Below are positions 15,388 to 31,905 of a stretch of 64,000 nucleotides of DNA, piece after piece. The translations under genes were made by a program, and so were the position numbers. Under the pieces are notes generated by a model that was not told where the DNA came from, did no database searches, and worked only from the letters and a program-made list of their open reading frames with translations. Position 1 is the stretch's first letter, and every line of letters starts with the position of its first letter. The DNA lies in the NCBI GenBank assembly GCA_964016885.1, contig OZ024749.1:37510001-37574000 (forward strand). The letters run 5' to 3'. The DNA is from Eledone cirrhosa (lineage: Eukaryota).

Positions 15388-15553
15388 ACAATTATTAAAT
15401 ATATAAATAGATAAATAAATGCCATTGTTAAATAATAAATAAATCAACTAATACCTTAACACTTCACACAAAGTAAAACATTTCGTTTCAATCAGGCAGA
15501 GAGAAATAGAAAATATATTTTTCTTCCTAATAATCGTCTCTTTTTCCCTGTTT

Positions 15554-15619
<66 letters not shown>

Positions 15620-15699
15620 AAAGTATAGAAATTATTGTAGCAAGAAGCTAACGGTATTCCATAATATATATATATATATTTCATATGAAATTTCATATT

Positions 15700-15804
15700 T
15701 CATACGAATGAAACATTTCTAGTCCCGTCCAACCCATTTCTATATTAATTTTCAGTTGTTCTGACTCGAATCTACTTATGTATTGAGTAATTTCTTTGCT
15801 GTGG

Positions 15805-15808
<4 letters not shown>
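15700..15808 (+). mobile_element. Family C fragment with tail
   Basis: cgaatGAAAcatttctaGTCccgt..ttctatatt..atgtattgagta..ctgtggttac. Confidence 0.55.
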
Positions 15809-15848
<40 letters not shown>

Positions 15849-16036
15849 ATGTATGTATATATATATATAAAACACTACAGCAAATATTTATTATAAGAAC
15901 AGATTAACGTTTAAGCAAATATCGCTCCTTTCACCCTTAACGGGATCTTCTGAAACTAAAATTATATATATTATATATATATATATATATGATCCATATC
16001 GAGCCCTTTTCGGATTTTAGTCTTCACATTTGTTAT

Positions 16037-16071
<35 letters not shown>

Positions 16072-16366
16072 TATATAGATAGATATATAGATATATATAT
16101 CAAATGTCTAGGAGGTCTGTAAAAGGACAAATAAAAGGCCTTGCTATGCTACGACACAATAGGATCCAACAACCAACTATTCGGTGATGTACTTTCAATA
16201 CGTATGTTCAAAATACAGAATAGTTAAATGGTGGGAGTCCCACAAAAAATCATATCTTTTTAGTCAGAGACATTATCACACGTGACATATCTGATAAATA
16301 CGATAACAATCATCGTTATCTATGTGTGACAATCTTTTTCGATATACATACATACATAGACATATT

Positions 16367-16496
<130 letters not shown>

Positions 16497-16547
16497 AGGG
16501 TAGATAGATATACATAGATAGATAAATATAAATGTATTTGTGTGTGG

Positions 16548-16578
<31 letters not shown>

Positions 16579-16854
16579 AACATACATACACATATATATG
16601 CATAGATTCATACATAGATACATACATATATGCATACATGCATACATAGTTGTGTGTGTGCGTGTGTCTTTATCCATATATATGAATGTTATCGCACTTG
16701 TCACCCATGGTGGTAAATACGAACATTTTAAATAGATAAAATTTTGGATCACAAAATAGAAGAAATCGTGTTCAAATATGTCACTAGTCTTTTTAAGTTT
16801 GGTCTTTGCTAGTTTTTTAAACTTTGTCCCACGTGCTCTCCTTCCCTCAATTGC

Positions 16855-16935
16855 ACGCAAACCCTGTGGACAATGTGTTGTGTCCTTGAGCAAGGCATTT
16901 CATGTCACACTGCTCCAGTTGACTCAGCTGGAAAA
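16855..16935 (+). mobile_element. SINE core fragment
   Basis: gttgtgtccttgagcaaggcattt..ctccagttgactcagctg is typical of a SINE central core. Confidence 0.5.
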
Positions 16936-17089
16936 ACATGAAAAACAGTAACAGGTTTCGATTATAGGTGGAGTCGATCATGGCTTATTTCATTGTAAAT
17001 AATAACAAAATAACGACAATTATAACAACTAACAACAACAACAACAAAAAAAGACGACATTGGTGAAGTTAATAACAACAACAAAAATA

Positions 17090-17275
17090 ATTGTTTCTAA
17101 ATTAGGCACAAGGCCAGAAATTACCCAGTGCATTACTCGTACTTTATTTTATCGACCCCGTAAGGATGAAAGGCAAAGTCAACCTCGGCGGGATTTGAAC
17201 TCAGATCGTAAAGGGACGTAACTATGCTTGAAAGCATGGCGTCCGGCCCTCTACCGATACTGAAAATCCACCGCC
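17090..17275 (-). mobile_element. Major-family SINE
   Basis: Reverse complement of the 4508-4719 family. Confidence 0.8.
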
Positions 17276-18015
17276 AATCCACAACAACAATAATAACATC
17301 AGAAACGCTGGCGGCGGCGCTGGATAAAAAATCAGGGCCTATGTCGGTTAAGAAATATGAGAGTAATGTTGATTAAGCTTTTGGTTATAGAAAAAAGTAG
17401 AACTCCTAGATTATAAGATTTATGTTATCTCAATGATGTCTCAGTTTTAAATTACGGTTCCACGTAAGTGAACAACAAACATTTATCTATATATAACAAA
17501 GAGGACGTGCCAGTTACTGTATTATCCTTGTTGTCATTTTAATACCAAGTCAACCATACCGGTACTGCAACTCTACAATCGAACCCTAACATATTTGCTA
17601 CCATGTTTCTAATGATAGACATTGCTTGTGATTTTCAAATAATTTTGAAATTAATCAAATATTTAAAGTTGTTTAGTAATTTATTAAGCTGCTATCTAGA
17701 ACAGAAAATTATGGTGGAAGTCTTTTCGACAAATATATTCACTTTAAAACGAAGAGTTTTATCATAGGACTAAGGCCGGTTCCAATGTGTTTCGGGTGTA
17801 AATTTTCTCGGACTTCGTTAGGAAATAATTATTTGTTCCCATCTCTGTTTTAAAGAGAGTTGAGTGTGATTTGAAGAAGACTTGGCTGTTATGTATAACA
17901 GGTGAAATAACTATGAATGTGTTCTTTCATATGTGTTCAGGACATTGGCTTCAGCATTTTGTTTGTATACGGTAAATATGAATCGTTTCTAATGGCTGAG
18001 AAATATATAGACATT

Positions 18016-18212
18016 TTCTATTCTATTCTAAGGCGGGTAAAATTCCCGAGATCCATGGACGAGTTCTCTCCAGCGGTCTCTGTCCCTCATTATCGCTGCC
18101 ATGTCCTGCGTCTCCAATAGACCAGTGTCTGTCCTTAGGGCATCAACATACGTTAACCTTGGTCTTCCTCTTCTAGTGTGTCCATGTAGGGGCTCCCAAA
18201 GGAGAAGAACAT
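18016..18212 (-). mobile_element. RTE-type LINE 3' end fragment, near-identical to 6667-6838
   Basis: VLLLWEPLHGHTRRGRPRLTYVDALRTDTGL..DRDRWREL; (ttcta)n tail. Confidence 0.75.
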
Positions 18213-18234
18213 TAAGGATACACATATATAGACA

Positions 18235-18445
18235 TGTGTATCCTTAATGTTGTTCTCAGGGAGATTCAGAGTGGCACAACGACTGGCAAGGAGAGTTATC
18301 GAACTCAAATGTACAACTAATGACTTCCAGCTGTTTGTAATGGATCTTCGTGAAATACATTATATTATTCAAGGACAAAACTCGCGGTCGGGAAACGATC
18401 GTGAGTCGATCCGAATACTCTAACTACTAAGCCACGTGCCTCCAC
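18235..18445 (-). mobile_element. Degenerate tRNA-derived SINE
   Basis: Minus-strand head gtggaggcacgtggcttagtagttagagtattcgg..ctcacgatcg. Confidence 0.6.
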
Positions 18446-18918
18446 GTATTTGTGAGCAACGGTTGACAGACAAAAGAGATGGAACTTCACATCGCACAGT
18501 GTATTGAAGCGTTAATACGGTTCAGGTTACTTTGATAAAAGTAAATCTCTTTATTTGTATGTGGATTAAGTTGTCTAGTTATTGAGATGTCGAGAGAAAG
18601 AGGAAGGGTGTGGGATTATGCGTGTGTGCGATGTGTGCCTATGTGAATGTTTGTTAATGCGTGCGTATGTGTAGAGAGGCAGAGAAATACAGAGAGTGTA
18701 CGTGTGAACATGTTTGTGTGCCAGTGCTGGTCAGAAGATTAAGATATAGAGTAAATGTTAGTGTGTGGCTGTGTCTTAAGGTTGAAACATACATTAACAA
18801 AACAGTCAGACAATAATATAATATTACTTCTAAACAACGACGAGTGTGTCTTTTTCTCCCCTGCTCTCTCTGGTGATACATACATACATACACACATCAT
18901 ATATATATATATATATAC

Positions 18919-18989
<71 letters not shown>

Positions 18990-18993
<4 letters not shown>

Positions 18994-19255
18994 GTATAAT
19001 AAACAATACAATATAATTACCTCATTACCAGAGGTTTCCCAAATAAGACGAATACAAGAAACGTCATAATTCTTTCGTCAGACAAGGCAATGACGAAGGA
19101 ATGAGAACGTTTCTTGTATTCGTCTTATTCAAGAAACCTCTGGTAATGAGGTAATTATATTGTATTGTTTATTATACATTAAATTTAGCTCTGTAACTTA
19201 CATAGAGCACTCTTCACTCCTATGACTTTTTCAATTTTCAACGGAAACTTCAATA

Positions 19256-19257
<2 letters not shown>
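18990..19257. mobile_element. Family F fold-back with complete hammerhead at 19020-19087 (-)
   Basis: Minus strand: ccttgt-CTGACGA-aagaattatgacg..cgtcttatttgg-GAAA-cctctgg-TA-atgagg. ~90-bp inverted arms; tail with catagagcac; (TA)n flanks. Confidence 0.75.
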
Positions 19258-19309
<52 letters not shown>

Positions 19310-19310
<1 letters not shown>

Positions 19311-19468
19311 CTGATGGTAGCTAAGATGCTTCCATAGGCGGTATGCCGGTTGAGCACTCTATCTATGCTCTTACAGAGCAGAGTATGATAGAATAAAAAA
19401 CGAAAAATCAGTGATGCAATTGTAAGACAATAAATTAAGTTCAGATGCATCACTAATTTTTTGTTTTC

Positions 19469-19472
<4 letters not shown>
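19310..19472. mobile_element. Family D element, opposite orientation
   Basis: Reverse complement of the 8875-8985 tail, plus short arm caattgtaa..ttcagatgcatcact..ttctatt. Confidence 0.7.
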
Positions 19473-19506
<34 letters not shown>

Positions 19507-19612
19507 ATATAGCGATCTTAGTTGTCCCCCAAAGTAGACGAACTCAATATTTATACGGGGTTAGTGAATTCTCGCATTGCTGAGACATCTTAGCTTTGTT
19601 GTAATACATGTC

Positions 19613-19679
<67 letters not shown>

Positions 19680-19840
19680 CTATATATATATATACATACA
19701 TACTTACATACATATATACATTCATACTTACATACATAAACGATACATGTATAGTATATACCTATGAAGAAGAAAGGAAATGATGACTCTGATCATGTAT
19801 AATCGAATGTATGTATATATGTATCTATGTATGAACTTAT

Positions 19841-19888
<48 letters not shown>

Positions 19889-19907
19889 CATGATTGAGTA
19901 ATAACAT

Positions 19908-19942
<35 letters not shown>

Positions 19943-20324
19943 ATTGAGTAATAACATAACAGTGGTAATAATAGAGGTAATAACATAACAGTGCACAAAA
20001 AACTCTACATACATACAAATTAACCTCAGAATGCTATTCTCCCCCATAATTTCCCTTTCACACACCCTGACACACGAACGATTTATTTCTATAGAAATAC
20101 CTCTCCTGTTTTTTTAATTCTTCTATGACCAGAAAACATGACGGATATGAAATGAACAGGCAGGGAAATTGTTCCAATAAATGATACAAATACTAAAAAA
20201 AAAAAAAAAAAACTTTCCAAGGTTTATTTAATTCTCATTTTGTAATAAAAAGCACACAAAGCAAAATAAATCATGGATTCTCTAAATATATTACCTCGGC
20301 TCGACGACGAAGAAGTTGATCATG

Positions 20325-20333
20325 ATGATGATA

Positions 20334-20378
<45 letters not shown>

Positions 20379-20387
20379 TGGATTTTT

Positions 20388-20419
<32 letters not shown>

Positions 20420-20428
20420 TGGATTTTT

Positions 20429-20463
<35 letters not shown>

Positions 20464-20472
20464 TGGATTTTT

Positions 20473-20504
<32 letters not shown>

Positions 20505-20565
20505 TGGATTTTTATAGGATGATGATGATGATGATGATGATGTGGATTTTTATAGGATGATGATT
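20325..20565. repeat. Composite repeat: (GAT)n-gtggatttttatag, 5 copies
   Basis: Directly visible. Confidence 0.9.
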
Positions 20566-20756
20566 GTGATGTCGATGATGTTTTGGTGGTGGTGGTGGTG
20601 GTGCTGGTGGTGGTTGTTGTTGTTGTTGTGGTGGTGGCTTTGATGATCTTATGTGCATCATGGATTTATATTGATATGCTTATATATATTTTTTGGGGTA
20701 TTTATACGCATCTGTAAGAACATACACATGCAACTAACTAACTAACTCTTTCACTG

Positions 20757-20895
<139 letters not shown>

Positions 20896-21019
20896 GTAAG
20901 TCTGAATGTGTGTGTGAGTGTATGTATGCGTGTATGAGTTTATACATGCATGCGCTCACTAACACACACACACCCACACATATACATACGTATATATATA
21001 TATATATGTATATATATAT

Positions 21020-21318
<299 letters not shown>

Positions 21319-21672
21319 TGTATACTTACATTTGTATACAAATGTAAATATATGCCTGGATTCCTCTCCAATAGAACTTTGGCAGTACATGAGGACGTGT
21401 ATGAGGGTTTGTTGTATGTAATAAACTGGGTGCATATATTCACGTATGAACTAGGGGGTATGTACGTGTGTGTACATACGTCTGCTAGACTAGAAACCCA
21501 GACAGACCATCAGATATTTTATTAAATACATTAGTAACAAATAACTTGTATTTCGTTTGATATATTCATTATTTTCTGACAGACTGAAATAATTTACTGC
21601 TTCATGGACAAGTATTAGAAAAATAATTGAATTGAATATATATATATATATATATATACAGTATATATTGAA

Positions 21673-21705
<33 letters not shown>

Positions 21706-21707
21706 GT

Positions 21708-21750
<43 letters not shown>

Positions 21751-21919
21751 TACACACATATATATACACATATATATATATTTATTAAAATAACAAATTA
21801 AAGTTTAAGCAAAGAATCGCTGCTTAAATTACACACACACACACACGCATATATATATATATATATACATACATATATATATGTATATTTATATGTATAT
21901 ATAAATATATTTATATATG

Positions 21920-22007
<88 letters not shown>

Positions 22008-22478
22008 TGTGTATTCACACATACATGCACGAAACAGATACATGAGTGTTCGACTTATGGTTTTCCTAAACCTACATACATAAGAAGGCTCATTGTATAA
22101 AAGGTATTATAAACTTGTGCTTGAAAGTCTATAGACATAACTAATCCTATAATATGTTTGAATAGATGAGTATACGAGTGTCACCAGTCGATTTCATACG
22201 TCAGCTGAAAGGTAAAAGACACTTACAAGATTGACATACATGGCTACACCTTAACCAAACGACTTATTAGATTAGATTAATAAGTATACAACAATTTGAT
22301 ATGAAAACAGTATACAAAGAGAATCACAAAGCTTACCACACACCTTGTTTCATCCGAAATAGTTCTGATAATTATTAATGATGTCATCACCATTTGTTTT
22401 TAGCAATTGTTCTTGTTCCAGAGCACAAATAGATAATGGTAATTTTGAATTGAATATGTGGGTATATATGTATGTATG

Positions 22479-22601
<123 letters not shown>

Positions 22602-22729
22602 TCGGATTCACACACACACGCACACACACATATATATATATATATATAAATAGATGTTTTCCCGAAAATTATATACACATTTCAATAGCATTGTAATAAA
22701 TATGTGTATACATCATTGGGACACCATTT

Positions 22730-22777
<48 letters not shown>

Positions 22778-22887
22778 GTGTGTATAAATATATATATGTG
22801 TGTGTGCTGTGGTCAGAAGCTCTCAGGAAAGATGGACAGCAGAAGGTTTTCAGAGAAGAAACGCCCATCAAGCGAGAGTTTTGGCCC

Positions 22888-22962
<75 letters not shown>

Positions 22963-23621
22963 TATATACATATATATATATATATACACACACACACATA
23001 CACATATAGATATGTGTGTGTGTGTGGGTACGTGTGTGTATTTATTTATTTATATACACGCCTTACCTAGTTTTCATGTATATTTGTAAACGTCTCTAAA
23101 GAAGCAAATTAAATAAATGAATGTATGTTGGGGTAATTGGTTTATTTAATGCCCAGATATCTAACATATGGATTTACATCTATATACTGTAATCTAACTT
23201 GTGAGAATCTTTGACTGACCGTATTTTTATACTCTATTTCACTTGTGGAAAGGCGCTTAAGTGAAGTGAAAATGCTATAAATTAAATGTGAACTTTCGAT
23301 ATATTATTCATTATATATATGTATATATATATATATGTATGTATGTATATATATATATATATATATATACATGTGTTTGTGTGTGCGTGAGCGAGAGAGA
23401 AAGTTTTCGAGTGCATGTGACTGTGAGTTTCTATGTACACACACACACACGCATATATATATTACAAGTGTATGCAAGCAATGTGCGGTTTCACCATATA
23501 GCGTGATCTTCTGAAACTTTTTATCTGTCCTTATAATGAATATCTGCTTTTCGAGCTCATATATATTATATATAGAACCCTTATTGAGTTCTCTCTCGAT
23601 TTTAGTCTTTGTATTTACTAT

Positions 23622-23707
<86 letters not shown>

Positions 23708-23719
23708 ATTTATGTATGA

Positions 23720-23790
<71 letters not shown>

Positions 23791-24487
23791 TTTGTGTGTG
23801 GTTTGCGTGTAGTGAAGTTATTTAAAACGCAATTATTTCTCACCAATTTGACACAATTCCAAGCGTATAAAATTCTTTATTGAAACAGCAACAAATGTTG
23901 ATTCCATACCTGGTGACGTGTTGATATGAAGGCGCCAAATATTGAACGGCGGATCAACGATCTTTTGTCATTGTTACTTTTCAATGATAGTTTTGTCAAA
24001 GGGAAACCACTGTAGCGCCAAATACTTTTTAAAGCTCCACTTGAGAAAAAAATCAGTCACAAGTTTTCATTTTTATTTTTTATTTTCTCATAACATAAAC
24101 AGCTTATCTGGTTCAATGACAAGCAAACACACGCGCCCATCTTCAGTTCTGTATGTCTCTGTGTGTTAGAGTGTGTACGTGTTTTGGTGAGGGGAGATGG
24201 TTTTTATGTTGTTGGTGGGCGAGGGGGGGGGGGAGTTATATTTTTTGCTATTGGCTTATTTGTGTTTTTAACGTATGTCTTCTTTTCGTATGTTAATATC
24301 AACGACACCATCTATCTATCTATATATATATATATATATATATACACATACATACATCCATACATACATACATTGAGACACATATATATGTAAATGTATA
24401 TATATATATATATGTTTATATGTGTGTGTGAGTTTATATATGTTTGTATGTATATGTAACTATATATATATATCACATATGTTTATA

Positions 24488-24518
<31 letters not shown>

Positions 24519-24699
24519 GCGTGTGTGTGTGTGTGTCTCTCTCTCTATCTATATCTCTCTCTCTCTCTCTGTCTATGTGTCTGTGTGTAGGATTACCCAT
24601 CAATATCGTTATATCTGCCAGTTTCACTAAACCATTTTGGATCACTATGTAATGTTATCAATGTAGGCTTATTTATTGAATGTTGAAATAATAATAATA

Positions 24700-24883
24700 A
24701 TTGTTTCTGCTTTAGGCACAAGGCCAGCAATTACCCAGTGCATTACTGGTACTTTATTTTATCGACCCCGTAAGGATGAAAGGCAAAGTCAACCTCGGCG
24801 GGATTTGAACTCAGATCGTAAAGGGACGTAACTATGCTGGAAAGCATGGCGTCCGACCCTCTACCGATACTGCCAATCCACCG
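24700..24883 (-). mobile_element. Major-family SINE
   Basis: Reverse complement of the 4508-4719 family, in an (aat)n context. Confidence 0.8.
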
Positions 24884-25065
24884 AAATAATAATAATAATA
24901 ATAAAACATATTTGAAATGGGGACATTTAGAGAATGAATCGTGAATTATTTGAAATAAAACTTTTATAATTATTCCCTCCTCCAAAATTGGTGGCCTTAT
25001 TAGAAACAATTGGTGTCTATATTAGAAACAATTATTTTACTGGTGTTTCGTAGACTGAATAAAGT

Positions 25066-25184
25066 TTTCTATAAATGCCTGATGAGCCAGGTATGTGTTG
25101 TTCAATCTTATAGTTGAAATCAATGGTATATCATGAAATCAATGGTAAATCAAGTATGAAACAGTTCTAGCCCTGTAGAATTAA
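25066..25184 (+). ncRNA. Family C hammerhead-like motif with expanded stem II (degenerate)
   Basis: ttctata..CTGATGA (25078)...GAAAcagttctag-cc-ctgtagaa; ends in (TA)n; cleavage triplet mutated. Confidence 0.45.
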
Positions 25185-25223
<39 letters not shown>

Positions 25224-25242
25224 TTGTTATGTATGTATATAT

Positions 25243-25265
25243 ATATATTGTTATGTTCTTTGCCA

Positions 25266-25348
<83 letters not shown>

Positions 25349-25382
25349 TGTATATATATATTTATTGTTATATTCTTTGCCA

Positions 25383-25426
<44 letters not shown>

Positions 25427-25447
25427 TTATTGTTATATTCTTTGCCA

Positions 25448-25491
<44 letters not shown>

Positions 25492-25510
25492 ATATTCTTT
25501 GCCAATATAT
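25243..25510. repeat. Four copies of attgttatattctttgcca separated by (TA)n
   Basis: At about 25246, 25364, 25430 and 25486. Confidence 0.85.
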
Positions 25511-25825
25511 ATATATATAAATATATATAAATAAATAAATATATATAAATAACTACAATACGCACGAAGAATGACACACTCACTCACACACACATAAGAA
25601 GATAGACGAACACAGGCACCCAAAAAGAAGCAGAGATATTTAATTAATTATAGTATTTCTGTGTGTAATACCTCTGTTTAAGTAAATAAATATGCCATAT
25701 TTCACCGTTTATCTCTAACGATATGTTAAATAACACCTCTTCCAAATGCCATTCACTGATAGTTACCTAACCTCTACACATATAAACATGCATACATACC
25801 TACATACATAAATATATACATACAA

Positions 25826-26055
25826 GGTGGCTGCCAACTCGTTTTCGAGTACGGCCACTAATTTATATCCATGTAGGAGAACTCCTACCGATGCGCTGAA
25901 CGAGTGTGACTTTTTAGTCCAGCCAGCGACTTGTAAACTCTGGTACAAACACTACACTTGTGACAATTATTGACACATAGTGCTGGGCCCTTGGTACCAT
26001 GTGACGACAAGTGCAGAGAGATCTCCAGATATAAAGCAATGCCTGTGCCGTGAAC
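25826..26055 (-). mobile_element. RTE/BovB-like LINE 3' end with C2H2-type knuckle
   Basis: HKCSVCTRVYKSLAGLKSHTRSAH; (ATGT)n-type flanks; second copy at 47217-47446. Confidence 0.65.
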
Positions 26056-26105
26056 CATACATACATACATACATACATACATACATACATACATACATAC
26101 ATACA

Positions 26106-26337
26106 TACAATATATTAACAAATGGAAACTCTATTTATAAAACCATATTTATTTTATTATACATATTTCAAGAGCCACCAAGGCAAATTATGGTGCGCTT
26201 TCATCAGATAAAATACAATACAGATTAGTTTTATAAATAAATATTGACATACCCTGAAAAAAGACAACCTTAACGGTTGGAGCTTCTTCCTGGATAATTT
26301 TAAGCTTGTTGAATCCCAACAAATTAAATATAACCTC

Positions 26338-26342
<5 letters not shown>
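26106..26342. mobile_element. Family B element: inverted arm with minus-strand hammerhead plus forward tail fragment
   Basis: Near identical to 62876-63050, followed by the ttaagcttgttgaatcccaacaaattaaatataacctctgc tail also seen at 63247-63289. Confidence 0.75.
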
Positions 26343-26369
<27 letters not shown>

Positions 26370-26481
26370 CTTACACATGTGTGTGTGTGTGTGTGTGTGT
26401 GCGTGTGGTTTAAATATAGCATTAATGTAGATCCTGAGCCACTCATTTATGAAATATCCGTAACTATGTGAAACCTCGTTT

Positions 26482-26565
<84 letters not shown>

Positions 26566-26694
26566 AAGAGCGAGAGAGAGAGAGACAGACAGACAGACAT
26601 GCAGGCAGACAGTCAGGTATCTCTTGAAAAAATACACCAAGTTATCATCTCTGTCGGTGCCTTAATAAAACCCCTAATTTCCTAAACATTCTTC

Positions 26695-26915
26695 ACGGCA
26701 TGTCAAACATGCGGCCCTTTACAACCACACCTGTGGTCCGTACAAAGGTTTTTACAGCACGAGCGTATTATAAAATAAAAAAAAAGTGTTAGTTGTAACG
26801 TGCGCATTTAGTTGTCATGTCTAGCCCTCAGACAACACATATATGATCCAAGTGGCCTACAGACAAAACATGTGACCCATTTGGCACTCGGGGGAGCCTC
26901 AGTTTGACATGCCTG
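26695..26915. mobile_element. hAT-like MITE
   Basis: TIRs ggcatgtcaaac and gtttgacatgcc(tg), subterminal gcggccc; no clear 8-bp TSD. Confidence 0.55.
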
Positions 26916-27345
26916 CCTTATATTATCGAGCCCAGAAAGTATGAAAAGTAGAGCTGACACGGTTGGAACTTAAACCCAGAATTTAAGTACAAATACCAAT
27001 AAAACAAAACATTTTCTCCTCAGCTCTAACAACTCCGCCAATTGCTCCCCTGACAATCTTTTTATATTTTTCTGATTATTTTCAATCATACTTTTTGTTT
27101 GCTTGTGTTATTGTGTACTGTTTTTTGTTAATATGAATACAGATTATTTTTATAAGGAATTTGGAATCTTAAAATGTTATCTCATGTCAGAAACTAAATA
27201 TCTAAATCCTCAGATAAATTTATTCTTACAGAGGCGGAGATACAGAGAAAAATGTTTGTCTGCTTGCCTGATTAGCTGTCTGTTTTGGAAGCGATGTACA
27301 CCATTCAATGGATAAATAGATTAAGAGAGAGATTATTAGATAGAT

Positions 27346-27405
<60 letters not shown>

Positions 27406-27458
27406 AGTATATATATATATATACATATGTATGTATGTATATATATATACACACACAG

Positions 27459-27557
<99 letters not shown>

Positions 27558-27722
27558 ATTCCGGTTCTGTAAAGCATCTGATGTATTTACATTTAGCTAT
27601 TTTTCTTACTGGTAATAAGGTGGTAATGAATTACTGAACTTTCCTGTTTATAATTATATATAGTGTATATATAAGTATAAATAATAATATTATTATTATT
27701 ATTAAATATATATATGTATATG

Positions 27723-27822
<100 letters not shown>

Positions 27823-28511
27823 TACAACAAATAGATCGACAAAATAATTGCCAGGCTTGAAACATTACAGGGGTCGATATGATCTTGTAAAATAATTTCA
27901 GTGTATTGCTGTAGAATGGCCGCAGATGTACGACTAAAACCAGTAAAAGAATAAAAAGTAAAATAATAAATAATAATAATAAAACAACATGGTGGTTTAT
28001 GCGTGTGTGGCGTGCGGTGAAATGCCTTAAAAACGAACATAAAGATTCGGGTGGTATCCTTAATCGAAAACTATTCTACTTCATGTTATAGGATATTTAT
28101 AGACACTGTTTTATACTCTACATTTATATATATATATAGCACTATATACTCTACATTTGTTATGTTTTGTTTTTATGCTGTTGTTTCTGAAATAAATAGC
28201 AACGTTGATGTGTTTTTAAAGAGAGTACTTACATCTCAAATTCCACTTGGAATTCGTCAACAATTTGAAGTCAGTAAATCAATTTTTCAGCGGACAAGGC
28301 CATTCTTTCAGAATGTTGGTGTAGGGGTGTTAACAAACATAAATAGAACTTAAATGCATTTCAAATACAATGATATTTATTATACAGTTAATGTTATAGA
28401 CATAATTTTGAGTGTGTATATGCAAAAATGTATACACGCATACAAACATAAAAACACACACAACTACATATATGAAGTATTTGTATGAATGTGTATGTGA
28501 TGTGTGCATGC

Positions 28512-28611
<100 letters not shown>

Positions 28612-29358
28612 GAATGTAGGTACAAATGAAATGCAACCATAAATCTCTACTACCTATTTGTTTTGAATATAACTTAAAGTTTCTGACAGAAAATTATGAC
28701 GAGGACGACTTTTTAAAGAGAAATGAAAACCCCTGAATATTTCGGTGTCATGATCCTAATGAAAGACACTGTCAATAATTTTCAAACCATTTTGAAACTA
28801 ATAAGAAATTGGATGGATTGAGAACATAGCTCAACAATGGGCCTTCCGTAGAATTATGATGGGAGGTTTTAGTGTAAATACACAGCTTAGTGTGATAGGA
28901 CTAGAGGCTGTTTTATGCAGTTTGATAGCTTACATAAAGTTTTGTGGAAAAATTTTAGATAAATAAAATCTCTTTAAAATAAACATCTGTGTATCACAGA
29001 ACCAACACAGTTTCAAGTGGTTACAGACGGTTTGGCACCAAAAAGGTTAAACAAAAGATCATGCATTATATCATAATGAAAGATTATTAAATAAATATAA
29101 ACATTAATATATACTGCTTTGTATCATAGAATCAGGGGGGTTTCCTTGGGTTGTGTATCGTAGCTGTTAAGCAGTTATATTTTTTTAATGGCTGAAGCCT
29201 GAAAAGTGAGGTGACGAAAATATATGGTGTTTCAATAGAAAATAAAAATGTTACACTGTCACATATGTGGTGGCCATGGCAAGACTAATGCCGTATGTGT
29301 GTTTAACGTTTTAGGTTTGTGTGGATAAACATTTTTTCAACTATACACAGATGGCAAA

Positions 29359-29409
<51 letters not shown>

Positions 29410-29577
29410 AGATAATTATTTAAAATCTATCTAGCGTCTAAAGTTAACGGTCTTTTCAGTTTTAACGTTATCCTCATTAGCATATTTATCCTGAGTTTTG
29501 AAAATTTATTCACTATCTTCAATGAACTTATGACATAAAGTTCATATGAATATGTGTCACTATCTTTAAACCAAATA

Positions 29578-29758
29578 TGTATTTTATCTGACGAAAGCGT
29601 GCTAAAGTATTGTACCCGTGAAATATGTATAATAAGATAAATATGGTTTTATAAAGATATTTTCCATTTATTAATATTATTGATATTAATTATACTCCAG
29701 AAAAATCTTGTTGAGTGCTTCTAATCTGTTATGAATTAACAAATAACTCATTCTTTAT
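29578..29758 (+). mobile_element. Diverged family B copy with hammerhead motif at 29580-29639
   Basis: tattttat-CTGACGA-aagcgtgc..gtacccgt-GAAA-tatgta-TA-ataagata; tail cttgttgagtgcttctaatc; ends in (TA)n. Confidence 0.65.
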
Positions 29759-29778
29759 ACATATATATATATATATGA

Positions 29779-29833
<55 letters not shown>

Positions 29834-30076
29834 CGGGGATATGGAATTACGCTATTGGTTCCCGGAATGTGTGGTTATCTCACCGGGAGTGAGAGACCTC
29901 TAGTTCTTTTTAGGATATCATTCTATAAGAACTATAACTATGATGTAAAACCCGTGACTCCACGGTGGCCAATGATGCTGACATGCTTTTGCTTTTGGAT
30001 AACTTTCACCGTTGTTCAGAGTTTGGGATTGGTCAGGTGCAAAGCCTTTGCTACTTAAAAACAACTCGCCTTATCC

Positions 30077-30163
<87 letters not shown>

Positions 30164-30191
30164 ACACACATATATATATAGCGAGAGAGAT

Positions 30192-30223
<32 letters not shown>

Positions 30224-30513
30224 TAATTGGGTTAAATTCACATATTAATCTGTCGAATGCGTGCGTTTCGCTGGAGGGTAATTTCCACATCTCGTTTGTC
30301 CAACATCTTGGGATGTATGTTTTCAGAATTATATATATATATATATATATATATAACGGGGAATATTCAACATACATCGTAAAAGGATGGTACATTCCCA
30401 TTGCCATTATAGATAAATACAAGCATATACATACATGTAAAATATATATGTGAGCATTTGATTGATTTATTCTACATGCACACATTATTAATATATGTCT
30501 CTTTATGTATATA

Positions 30514-30549
<36 letters not shown>

Positions 30550-30564
30550 CACATATATGTATGT

Positions 30565-30637
<73 letters not shown>

Positions 30638-30680
30638 TGTATATATAGATATATATATGTGTGTGTGTATACATTTATGT

Positions 30681-30922
<242 letters not shown>

Positions 30923-31014
30923 ATATATAGATAAATATATATATATGTGTGTGTGTGTGTGTATATATAGATAAATATATATATATGTGTGTGTGTGTGT
31001 GTATACGTTTATGT

Positions 31015-31045
<31 letters not shown>

Positions 31046-31550
31046 CGTATATACATATATATCATACATAAATATATTACACATACATCTACATGTGAGT
31101 ATTCATGTGCATACTATATTTGTGTGCGTTTTTCTATTATGCTAGTGTCTATAAAGATATATCAATTGTGCATTATTAGAGGAGTTTCCATAACGGGTCT
31201 ATGATAAATGCGATTTATTAATATATTTAATATGTTTTCAGAAATGAACAGCTAACTTCATTTATCATTAAGCTTAATTTCTATCTAGCTATTTCCTCGA
31301 TAACATCACTAAGTGCCTCGTTTTAAGTATGTGGCTTTTCGTACATGAACATATACAAATACATAACTATATATATATATATATATGTATGGACGTATGA
31401 ATGTACGTATATATGTAACAAATTCTGCCATTCAAACATACATGAATACGTACATTCTTATGTATGAATAATGCACAAACACACACAAATAGTGAGAGTG
31501 AAACACACAAATAGATTCATGTACGTATGTTTGTATATACATATATATAT

Positions 31551-31636
<86 letters not shown>

Positions 31637-31856
31637 TGTATATTCACATACATTCCTCACACACATACACGCACATATATAAATATATATATACGTGTGT
31701 ATATAATGGATAGACACGCACTCGGATAAACGGAGGTATATTGTTATGAATAATTTATATTTATGCATATATAAATTCTATAATATTGATATTAATAAAA
31801 ATTAGCTTTGGTGTACATATAGACACGTACACCAGTCTCCCTCTCTCTCTCTCTCG

Positions 31857-31905
<49 letters not shown>

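Noticed and set aside
17585-17810. Old repeat related to 28640-29050 (possible TTAA-ended MITE)
   Set aside because: Similarity is visible, but termini and target duplications could not be established by eye.
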